Source of the DNA: Dehalococcoidia bacterium
GTDB lineage: Bacteria; Chloroflexota; Dehalococcoidia; Lucifugimonadales; CAUZEB01
Length of the DNA: 50,673 bases
Assembly: GCA_963578655.1 (NCBI GenBank)
Contig: CAUZEB010000001.1
Location: 1 to 50,673, forward strand
Direction: 5' to 3'
Notes under the pieces: generated by a model
Told to the model about the DNA's origin: nothing
The model's database searches: none
The model's input: only the letters and a program-made list of their open reading frames with translations
Translations under genes and position numbers: made by a program
Shown here: positions 38,587-46,460 of the stretch, piece by piece
Layout of the letters: each line of letters opens with the position of its first letter
Numbering within the stretch: the stretch's first letter is position 1

Positions 38587-39942
38587 TTACGGCGCTTCAG
38601 CCGTTAACTGTTGCGATCGTGCTTCCGGTGGAAGTGAATTTTCCCAGTTAGGGATGAGAAGCTGTTTTGATGGTTCTAGGAGTAAAACAATAGCGGAACC
38701 GGCAAAGCTGAAAGCCATCGACAGGATAAGCAGAGCATTGTAAGAGTCAATAACGTATAGAACAAGACCAGATAGTCCGACCGCTACACCATGCCCTATC
38801 AATGCTCCCATCATTTGAAATCCGTAAGTTGTTCCTATAGGACCCGGACCAAAATATTGACGATTTACGACGATATATGTAGACATTTCTCCGCCAAAAC
38901 CCATTCCAAAGAAGATGCCAAACATATAAAACATCCAGACGTCGGAGGCCCAAAACAGAGAAAGAACGGTGATACCTTGTACAAACATCGCAAGGACCAT
39001 GATAGCTTTTCCCCCGAACTGTTCGGCAATAATAGGCGAAACAAAACGACTTATAACACTAAAGAGAGATATCAGGCTGAGTATCCATGCTGCTGTTATT
39101 AAGCTAATTCCCTGTTGCATCGCCAAGGGGATAGAATAGATAAGGATGATACCATGACCAGCACATCCAAGACTGTGTATTACAGGGAGATTCCAGAACG
39201 CTCGAGTTCGTCTTATATGCTTATTGTAGGTTTTTAGTCTCAGTCGCTCAATGTTTTTTGGCATTGAGATTTCCTCAGAAACCTGGGCACTTAATCCATA
39301 GGGATTTAAGCCCAGGTCGGCTGGACGATTTCTGAAAATGAGCGTTAGTATCATCAAGAGGGTTCCCCCAGTAAGACCTATAGTCCAAAAGGTGCCTCGC
39401 CAGCCAACCCCTTCTATTAGAGAGGCTATTAAAGGTGACATAATAGCCGTGCCTATACCACCGGCTCCCCAGAGCAAGCCTATAGCTAGTCCTAATCTTC
39501 TACGAAACCAAAGACTCACAGCGGCTATGAGCGGGACCATAGATATCGACTGTGTTATTGATAACATGACACCAAATGTTAGGAAGAAATGCCAAGCATG
39601 TGTCATGATACCCATCAATACCATGCTAGATGCGTATAGGAGTCCGCCCAATAACAGCATTACACGCGCTCCATATCGATCTCCTAGCCAGCCACTGATC
39701 GGAGAGAATAAAGCACCGACAAAGTAATAGACCATTAGAGCAGAACTGATCAAGCTTATGCTCCAACCGAAACCACCTTCGGAATCACTGAGAGGCGCTA
39801 CAATTACTCCTGCAGCCATGCCAATAGAGGCTCCAAGGACCTGTACCACTACTAGAAGTGATACGACAACCCACCCGTAGTGAATACCGTAAGGTAAACG
39901 GGTGGCTAAGTGCCTCATGGTCATTCTTGAAGAAAGATTCAT
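38587..39942 (-). CDS. MFS transporter
   Basis: 451 aa, about 12 TMs, with the MFS signature 'GWLGDRYGARVM'. Confidence 0.8.
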   Translation of the reverse strand: MNLSSRMTMRHLATRLPYGIHYGWVVVSLLVVVQVLGASIGMAAGVIVAPLSDSEGGFGWSISLISSALMVYYFVGALFSPISGWLGDRYGARVMLLLGGLLYASSMVLMGIMTHAWHFFLTFGVMLSITQSISMVPLIAAVSLWFRRRLGLAIGLLWGAGGIGTAIMSPLIASLIEGVGWRGTFWTIGLTGGTLLMILTLIFRNRPADLGLNPYGLSAQVSEEISMPKNIERLRLKTYNKHIRRTRAFWNLPVIHSLGCAGHGIILIYSIPLAMQQGISLITAAWILSLISLFSVISRFVSPIIAEQFGGKAIMVLAMFVQGITVLSLFWASDVWMFYMFGIFFGMGFGGEMSTYIVVNRQYFGPGPIGTTYGFQMMGALIGHGVAVGLSGLVLYVIDSYNALLILSMAFSFAGSAIVLLLEPSKQLLIPNWENSLPPEARSQQLTAEAP

Positions 39943-39973
39943 GCTTTAAACCCCGGTAAATGTCTTGCAGTGA

Positions 39974-40255
39974 TCAATGTAAAGGACACGCTATCAATAA
40001 AGTATTACCCCACCACGTGTCTGCTGATGTCTTTGGGCTGGTGGACGTAGGAGGTATCTTACTAGAGTCCAACTGGACATTTTTAGCCTGTAAATTTAGA
40101 TTGGATGAACTAACAATGGGAAGGGAAAGATTTCTATCTCTCCCCATTGCATCTATTGAAACTGCCCGAGCTCCGAAATATATAAACAATATCGTTGTTA
40201 TACTCAAAACAATTATGGGTACTATTATTGTCTGTATTGGTGGATGCTTAAACAA
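39974..40255 (-). CDS. Hypothetical small membrane protein (weak call)
   Basis: 93-aa ORF with one N-terminal TM ('IIVPIIVLSITTILFIYFGA'). Co-directional between the selenoprotein candidate and the MFS gene. TTG start with a poor SD, and an antisense ORF of similar length exists. Confidence 0.2.
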   Translation of the reverse strand: MFKHPPIQTIIVPIIVLSITTILFIYFGARAVSIDAMGRDRNLSLPIVSSSNLNLQAKNVQLDSSKIPPTSTSPKTSADTWWGNTLLIACPLH

Positions 40256-40342
40256 GGCTTGTTCTATGTTTCCCTTATGATTGAATATTGACTAATGTCT
40301 ATCTAAGTAGATGCATTAAGTGACTGTAGATAAATGCTGACA

Positions 40343-40897
40343 TTATGGCAGCTCAACTCCCGTTAGTATATAAATTATTTGGTCCACCATGGCTTCAGCT
40401 CTAGAACGGAGTTCCTTTTTTGTTAACGACGCGATTGGATGGGCGGTGTATATTATAGGGTAATGAGGATCTCCCCACATTTTTGCCATTGCTTTGGAGG
40501 TTTCTATAAATGAATCTGTACATATCGTGACGGATGGAATACCAGCTTTTTCGACGTGAATGCCGTCGTGCACACTGCACGCACTGCATGAACCTCAGTC
40601 TCCTACGCCGACAATCACATAGTCACACTCCTCGGCCATAGATTGAATCACACTAGGCTCGGCTGGTTTGGAAGCGGAAGGTTTTCGGTGATACTTAACC
40701 TCATTAACGCCGAATCTTTGATGAATAAGATTTTTGATTGCCTCTAACAATTCCTTTGCATTGACCTTACTATCATCGATCAATCCCATACGTTTGTTTG
40801 ATAGAGTCGAGAGTTTTTCTGCACCGGAGAATCCGACTTCTATAGGTTCAGTTACTGGGTTAACCAGTATCATCGAACCGCGAGAACTTGAGATCAT
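40343..40897 (-). CDS. Candidate selenoprotein with a U-G-S-C motif (UGSC-family-like). In-frame UGA at 40595-40597 read as Sec.
   Basis: ORFs 40595-40897 and 40343-40573 share one frame and are separated by a single TGA. Read-through gives '...CDYVIVGVGD-U-GSCSACSVHDGIHVEKAGIPSVTICTD...', 184 codons. The downstream ORF has no SD and only a GTG. A stem-loop starts 5 nt after the UGA. Confidence 0.65.
40560..40589 (-). promoter_or_regulatory. SECIS-like stem-loop downstream of the in-frame UGA
   Basis: mRNA: UGA-GGUUC-AUGC-AG-UG-CGUGCA-GUG-UGCACG-A-CG-GCAU. Perfect 6-bp apical stem (40576-40581 / 40567-40572) with a GUG loop, two further pairs and a 4-bp lower stem (40586-40589 / 40560-40563). 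The apical-loop G lies about 20 nt after the UGA. Confidence 0.45.
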
Positions 40898-41053
40898 GTA
40901 GACATTCCTTTCAATGAAACTTTCTAGTATGCGTTAAAATAATCACGTTGCGGAGAATCCCCAGTCTATCACATGACTAAATTGGTTACATGATGGTCTT
41001 TTGCTCTATCAGAGAGATTACTTGACCACATATAGAGTGACAATACAAAAGAA

Positions 41054-41296
41054 CTATATACTGACTGTTCTAGAAGCACATGCGCAAGATCCACCACCAC
41101 CACAACATCCTCCCCCTCCACTAATAGACGTCGATGGCCCATTACCTGTTGAGGAGAAAGCAGAAAAAACGGAGAATTTTCGTCTTGTTTTACTTCCGCA
41201 ATCGGGACAACTTATGATCATATCCATACTGCTTAAGGAGAGCAACTTCTGAAATTCAGCGTTACAACTTTCACACGCATATTCATAAATAGGCAC
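41054..41296 (-). CDS. FmdB-family zinc-ribbon protein (CxxC...CxxC) with a Gly/Cys-rich tail
   Basis: 'MPIYEYACESCNAEF...SCPDCGS' followed by the tail 'GGGGCCGGGGSCACA', as is typical for this family. Confidence 0.8.
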   Translation of the reverse strand: MPIYEYACESCNAEFQKLLSLSSMDMIISCPDCGSKTRRKFSVFSAFSSTGNGPSTSISGGGGCCGGGGSCACASRTVSI

Positions 41297-41454
41297 AGAT
41301 TCACCTCAAATGTTTACGTCTTGTTATTTTAGATGTTAGGCTAGTCGAGGTCAACAGAGTTATAATGAATATGATGTGCGTAACGACCTTGATGAAATAA
41401 ATTGAAGTGTATAACAAGCAAGTTGAAATTAGAATTTTATGAGAGGACCGGTTC

Positions 41455-42657
41455 ATGTCAACTCAATATGATTTCCCGGATGAAAATGGACACTATGGAT
41501 CTTTTGGTGGTAGGTTCGTTCCGGAAACCCTGATGGCAGCTCTGGAAGAATTGGAAAAGGAATACGATAAGATCCGTGAGGACGAATCTTTTCAAGCTGA
41601 ATTAAAACTGCTAGCTAAACATTATGTGGGAAGACCCACGCCTCTGTATTATGCAGAAAACCTTACTCGAGAACTGGGCGGAGCACGAATTTTCTTAAAA
41701 CGAGAAGATCTAGCTCATACTGGGGCTCATAAGATTAATAACGCCCTAGGACAAGGGCTTCTCGCTAGCAGAATGAATAAGAATCGTATCATAGCTGAAA
41801 CTGGAGCTGGACAGCACGGTGTGGCTACAGCCACAATTTGCTCTATGCTAAAACAGGACTGCGTTATATACATGGGTCAAGAAGACATAAGACGTCAATC
41901 CCTCAATGTCTTTAGAATGAAACTTTTAGGAGCTGAGGTTCGGGCGGTGAAATCGGGGAGTCGTACACTTAAAGACGCTATTAATGAATGTATCCGAGAC
42001 TGGGTAACCAATGTGGGGAATACACATTATCTTATAGGGAGTGTCGTTGGGCCCCATCCTTACCCCATGATGGTAAGGGATTTTCAATCAGTGATAGGGA
42101 GAGAAGCCAAAAAACAGCTGATAGAAGCCACGGGTCAGCTCCCAAATTATGTAACTGCTTGCGTAGGAGGTGGTAGTAATTCGATCGGATTATTCTACGA
42201 CTTTATTCAAGATGAGGAAACCAAACTCATAGGGATTGAAGCAGCTGGTAAAGGGCTGGATACGGGACTACATTCATCTACCTTGGTTGCAGGCCGAGTC
42301 GGAGTTCTCCATGGCAGCATGTCATATCTGTTGCAGGATGAAGACGGACAGGTTGAAGAAGCGCATAGTATATCAGCTGGCCTTGATTATCCTGGTGTTG
42401 GTCCTGAGCATAGCTATCTCAAGGACATCGGCAGAGCCAAGTATATTGGCGTTACTGATGCCGAAGCGTTAGATGGGTTTCAGTTGCTTTGTCGTACGGA
42501 AGGCATTATTCCAGCACTAGAACCCGCCCATGTTATACATTATTTATCCAAACTAGCGCCAACTTTATCCAAAGACGAAATTATATTAGTTGGACTCAGT
42601 GGTCGTGGAGATAAAGATATTGATACTGTAGCAAGCGAACTAAATGTGAGCGTGTGA
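41455..42657 (+). CDS. trpB: Tryptophan synthase beta chain
   Basis: 'GRFVPETLM', PLP-Lys motif 'HTGAHKINN', '[10 protein letters not shown]', 'GLSGRGDKD'. No trpA is adjacent. Confidence 0.95.
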   Translation: MSTQYDFPDENGHYGSFGGRFVPETLMAALEELEKEYDKIREDESFQAELKLLAKHYVGRPTPLYYAENLTRELGGARIFLKREDLAHTGAHKINNALGQGLLASRMNKNRIIAETGAGQHGVATATICSMLKQDCVIYMGQEDIRRQSLNVFRMKLLGAEVRAVKSGSRTLKDAINECIRDWVTNVGNTHYLIGSVVGPHPYPMMVRDFQSVIGREAKKQLIEATGQLPNYVTACVGGGSNSIGLFYDFIQDEETKLIGIEAAGKGLDTGLHSSTLVAGRVGVLHGSMSYLLQDEDGQVEEAHSISAGLDYPGVGPEHSYLKDIGRAKYIGVTDAEALDGFQLLCRTEGIIPALEPAHVIHYLSKLAPTLSKDEIILVGLSGRGDKDIDTVASELNVSV

Positions 42658-42725
42658 CCCTTGAAGTACGGATGCTATATATTTGAAAATAATGGAATGC
42701 TGTAAACAAAACTTGGCAACATAAC

Positions 42726-43118
42726 ATGAAGATAGAGATCGTCAAAGTGCCATCTCAGCGATTAATCATTCCGACGATTGTTGCGCAATTTATAGGCGAA
42801 GCTATAGATCATCACGTCGCCGAACGAAATCCTGTCCATGGACAGATGGGTCAGATCAATTTCCTGCATAAACTTGGATATATGGATCCAGCCATGCATG
42901 ATCGCTCATATTCGCGTCACTCAAATGGTTGGACTCAGGATATACTTAGTTGTGAAGGTCTGCAGACTTGTACGTTAGCGACCTACCCTGTAAACATAGG
43001 GCCGAGAATGGATATTTTGAGGCATATTACATCCTCCCGCATATTGCCCAAGGGCGAAGAAATCCTTAAACTTTCTTTGTATGTAATTCCTCTCAATAAA
43101 CCATTAAATGTTGGTTGA
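42726..43118 (+). CDS. Hypothetical protein (weak call)
   Basis: 130-aa ORF, the only long ORF in a 539-bp gap. No recognisable motifs and no clear SD. Confidence 0.25.
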   Translation: MKIEIVKVPSQRLIIPTIVAQFIGEAIDHHVAERNPVHGQMGQINFLHKLGYMDPAMHDRSYSRHSNGWTQDILSCEGLQTCTLATYPVNIGPRMDILRHITSSRILPKGEEILKLSLYVIPLNKPLNVG

Positions 43119-43196
43119 TGTATCTAGTGACCTAAATTTGAATATTTATGAAAACCTTGCTGGTTGGAAACACGATTTTGAGAGTGTAGTACAGGT

Positions 43197-43754
43197 TTGA
43201 GAATCTTAAGTCTTGCTTTTATAGTTGCGATCGTGGCTTTAAGCGTAACAACATATAGTGATAGGTTGGCTTTCGTCGAGGCTAACGGTCGTATAATAGA
43301 GTATCAATCACAGTTGATTGGTCATTACGAAGTCTTGCTGGGAACAGTCCCTGATAGTCCTCTCGTAGGAGTTACGCATCTAACTATTCGCATAAAAGAT
43401 GTTAGGACAGGATTGTTCAGTACCGCTGCAGTTGTGTCGGTTACTGGAACAGGTCCAAATACCGATGCGAACGGATTAGAGCCTGTGAGTGCCAAGCGTG
43501 ATCCTATAGACCGTAGTTACCATGATCTCAGCCTGGTTTTCGATCACCCAGGGCTGTGGACGATCACCGTTTTATTCGAAGACTATGAAGGTGCCCATTC
43601 TGCAAACTTTTTGATAAACGTGCGTAAATCTAACCCTGTATCCGGTATATTTACCCTAATAGGCCTCATGGCTTTCCTTGGAGTATTAGGACTATCAGCG
43701 AGAGTTTATCTTAAAGAACGTAAAAGAGGTAAAAATAAGAAACCATCCCGATGA
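43197..43754 (+). CDS. Membrane-anchored YtkA/FixH-like (Ig-fold) domain protein
   Basis: N-terminal signal or anchor 'ILSLAFIVAIVALSV', a beta-rich domain of about 110 aa ('VGVTHLTIRIKD...HPGLWTITVLFED'), a C-terminal TM and a basic tail 'KERKRGKNKK'. TTG start. Confidence 0.5.
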   Translation: MRILSLAFIVAIVALSVTTYSDRLAFVEANGRIIEYQSQLIGHYEVLLGTVPDSPLVGVTHLTIRIKDVRTGLFSTAAVVSVTGTGPNTDANGLEPVSAKRDPIDRSYHDLSLVFDHPGLWTITVLFEDYEGAHSANFLINVRKSNPVSGIFTLIGLMAFLGVLGLSARVYLKERKRGKNKKPSR

Positions 43755-43864
43755 TCTGACTTCTATGAGGAGATTAAAGTTATGAAGAGTGTTTATATGT
43801 TAACACTGTTACTAATGGTGTTGGCTACGATCGACAGTCCTCTTTCACAGAAAATGCTGAAGGG

Positions 43865-44293
43865 GTGAATATTAATCTTGACATTTCACCAAGGGAAATA
43901 GGGCTCAATACATTTACGATTTCACTTTATGATAGTTCGGGTGCTCCGTTAGAAGGGATATCAGAGATTATAATGAAGAACAGCTATCTTGAGGAAGACT
44001 TAGGAGAAGATTTCATATATCTTAATCGATTTGCTACTGGAATATATACTGCAGACGATATAAATATCGTTCTCGCTGGCCGATGGCAGACAGTTTTATC
44101 CATTAAACGATCGGACGGGTTCGACATTAAGACCGCTTACCGCTATCCGGTGAATATAATGCGAGGCAGTAGTTCAACAATTTCTCCTTCTAATAAAACC
44201 AGTAAAATCTTCTTAGGGGTAGAGATAATTCTCCTAGGCATTCTTTTTATGGGTAATGGGTATAGGTATACCTTTAGGTGGCTGGTATTCTAG
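43865..44293 (+). CDS. YtkA/FixH-like domain protein fragment (probably the middle part of a disrupted larger gene spanning 43782-44684)
   Basis: 'NINLDISPREIGLNTFTISLYDSSGAPL...GIYTA..INIVLAGRWQTVLSIKR' fits the YtkA-like pattern. It lacks its own signal peptide, which is encoded in another frame at 43782-43865 behind a good SD. Confidence 0.5.
   Translation: MNINLDISPREIGLNTFTISLYDSSGAPLEGISEIIMKNSYLEEDLGEDFIYLNRFATGIYTADDINIVLAGRWQTVLSIKRSDGFDIKTAYRYPVNIMRGSSSTISPSNKTSKIFLGVEIILLGILFMGNGYRYTFRWLVF
44249..44262 (+). repeat. Exact 7-bp tandem duplication (atgggta x2) at an ORF junction
   Basis: atgggta at 44249-44255 and 44256-44262, followed by ggtata x2 (44258-44269). Confidence 0.95.
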
Positions 44294-44684
44294 ACGAGGG
44301 ATCTCAGCTTTAGGATCCGGAATTGTATTGTTTATAGCCGGGGCGATTGTGCTAGTTAATTATGGATCGATTGATTCGGGGGTAGAGAAAAATATTAGAA
44401 ATCCCATTTCACCAAATATGGGATCTCTCGAGACAGGGAAAGACTTGTACAAGAAGTATTGTCAGACCTGCCATGGACCGGGCGGTTTAGGTGATGGCCC
44501 ATCTGCTGTTTATTTGGACTCAGCTCCCGCTAATTTGCGGACTCATGTTCCTCTACATCCGGATCGAGGTCTCTTTAGGTTTATTTATAATGGTATTATT
44601 GATACAGAAATGAAAGGTATGAAGAATACTCTTTCCAATGAACATGTTTGGCATATAGTAAATTATATTCAAACCTTTGAGTAA
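44256..44684 (+). CDS. Membrane-anchored c-type cytochrome (class I)
   Basis: Heme motif 'CQTCHG', a distal Met region 'IIDTEMKGM', and an N-terminal TM 'ISALGSGIVLFIAGAIVLV'. Confidence 0.75.
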   Translation: MGIGIPLGGWYSRRGISALGSGIVLFIAGAIVLVNYGSIDSGVEKNIRNPISPNMGSLETGKDLYKKYCQTCHGPGGLGDGPSAVYLDSAPANLRTHVPLHPDRGLFRFIYNGIIDTEMKGMKNTLSNEHVWHIVNYIQTFE

Positions 44685-44723
44685 CTAGATCCAGCATCAA
44701 TAATTATTAGGAGCGCGGGACGT

Positions 44724-46274
44724 GTGGCCTCTATGCTAAAACTTGTAACGTTGTGGTTGGTCCTTTCCTCTTTGGGATTGTGGTTTTCTAATGAGACATC
44801 ATATGCACATGCTATTGGACAAAGGTATGATCTGCCTATCCCACTAAGTTTTTTCCTATTTGGTGGTGCAGTCACAGTTGCACTATCTTTCCTGGTTATA
44901 AGTGCATTCGTTAAACCTCAGCAGAGGCGGCATATTTATCCTCGACATAACGTTCTAACTTACAACTTCATTTCTATCCCATATGTTATGCCAGCTATAT
45001 TAAATATAGTAAAATTGGCCTCTGTTGGAGCGTTTCTGTTAATAATAATATCCGGTCTTACCGGTACTAGTAGGCCTACAGAAAATATATCACCTACCTT
45101 TATTTGGATAATTTGGTGGGTAGGGATGGGGTATGTATCGGCTTTAATTGGAAATGTGTGGTTTTTCATTAACCCTTGGAGAATATTATACGAATGGGTT
45201 GAGGTCTTCTTCGATAATGGATTCGATCACCGTAGCTCAGGCATTGTTCAATATCCTAAGCAGATGGGGATCTGGCCTGCAGTATGCTTTCTCTTGATAT
45301 TCTCTTGGCTTGAGAATGTCTACGTCGGCTCTGTCATCCCTTTCCAGTTGGCCATTCTGATAGTTCTTTATTCAGCTATAACTTGGATAGGAATGTTTTT
45401 ATTTGGTAAACATAAATGGCTACGCTCAGGCGAGGTTTTTACCGTGCTTTTCACTATGTTCTCTAAATTTTCATTTACCGAAGTCAGAGTAACTGATAAT
45501 CAGACATGTAGTTTGTGTGGATTTGATTGTAATCCTTCCGGCAGTCTTTGTGTAGATTGCTATGAATGCTATGATAATGCAAAAGACCATCAAAGAGAAA
45601 TTAATGTACGTCCCTGTGCAGCCGGTCTATTTATACGCCATAGAATAGATTTGTCGATCGTTGCCTTTGTACTCATTGCTTTGGCCAATGTTACGTTTGA
45701 TGGACTGCAGGAGACGTCGGTCTGGTCGTCCTTTCAGAACACGGTCCATCGTATTTTTGTAGGATCTGGTACAGGCTTTAGCGATATTGTCGACACGATT
45801 AGCGTAATATTAGTACCCTTAGTGTTCACCTTAGTTTACCTTGGATTTTCCTGTTCTATTAAACTCTTATCACGAGAAAAGATGCTAGTTTTGGATGTAG
45901 CTAAAACTTTCGTTTTCTCATTGATCCCCATCGCTTTGGCCTACAATATGGCACATTTTATGTCATTACTTGTTGTTCAAGGACAGTTAATTATTCCCTT
46001 AGCATCGGACCCTTTGGGTGTGGGGTGGGATCTGTTAGGATCCGCTGACTATCTCATCAATGTAGACGTTATGAATGTACAGTTTATTTGGTTTATGTCT
46101 GTGGGTGCTATTGTAACAGGTCATGTGGTATCTGTTTATGTTGCTCACGTCATAGCTGTACAGACATTTTTGAAACATTCGACAGCTCTACGCAGTCAAT
46201 ATCCTATGATGGTTCTAATGATATGCTATACCGCTATAAGTTTATGGATAATTGCTCAACCTATTGTTAAGTAA
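44724..46274 (+). CDS. Polytopic membrane protein of unknown function (about 10-12 TM) with a Cys-rich loop
   Basis: 516 aa. Signal-like N-terminus 'LVLSSLGLWFSNETSYA/HAIGQRYDLPIPL'. Six Cys in 21 residues, 'CSLCGFDCNPSGSLCVDCYEC' (45507-45569). GTG start 10 nt after AGGAG. Confidence 0.6.
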   Translation: MASMLKLVTLWLVLSSLGLWFSNETSYAHAIGQRYDLPIPLSFFLFGGAVTVALSFLVISAFVKPQQRRHIYPRHNVLTYNFISIPYVMPAILNIVKLASVGAFLLIIISGLTGTSRPTENISPTFIWIIWWVGMGYVSALIGNVWFFINPWRILYEWVEVFFDNGFDHRSSGIVQYPKQMGIWPAVCFLLIFSWLENVYVGSVIPFQLAILIVLYSAITWIGMFLFGKHKWLRSGEVFTVLFTMFSKFSFTEVRVTDNQTCSLCGFDCNPSGSLCVDCYECYDNAKDHQREINVRPCAAGLFIRHRIDLSIVAFVLIALANVTFDGLQETSVWSSFQNTVHRIFVGSGTGFSDIVDTISVILVPLVFTLVYLGFSCSIKLLSREKMLVLDVAKTFVFSLIPIALAYNMAHFMSLLVVQGQLIIPLASDPLGVGWDLLGSADYLINVDVMNVQFIWFMSVGAIVTGHVVSVYVAHVIAVQTFLKHSTALRSQYPMMVLMICYTAISLWIIAQPIVK

Positions 46275-46460
46275 AGATATTCACAAAAAAAGTAGAACAA
46301 ATGTCTTTACTAGTATGCTTAGCGATGATACACTGTGTTCAAGAATGCGAATCTTTGATTATTCTGCTGCACTGTGTAACGCATGGAATCCCAGGCCTTA
46401 TACAGAATGGTGAGAAATACCAATTTTCTAATAGGATTCTGAACTGATGGAAGGAGTAAC

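Noticed and set aside
39960-40280. 106-aa plus-strand ORF between the MFS gene and the selenoprotein candidate.
   Set aside because: It runs opposite to all its neighbours, is Cys-rich, and has no motifs or SD. The minus-strand alternative is only marginally better and is itself reported at low confidence.
41001-41252. Plus-strand ORF with a 'PPPPQHPPPP' tract.
   Set aside because: It is the antisense shadow of the Gly/Cys-rich tail (GGGGCCGGGG) of the FmdB-family zinc-ribbon gene on the minus strand.
46295-46306. Possible LexA/Cheo-type SOS box upstream of recA (GAACAAATGTCT versus GAAC-N4-GTTC).
   Set aside because: There are two mismatches in the right half-site. No comparable site was found upstream of uvrA, so the evidence is insufficient to call it.
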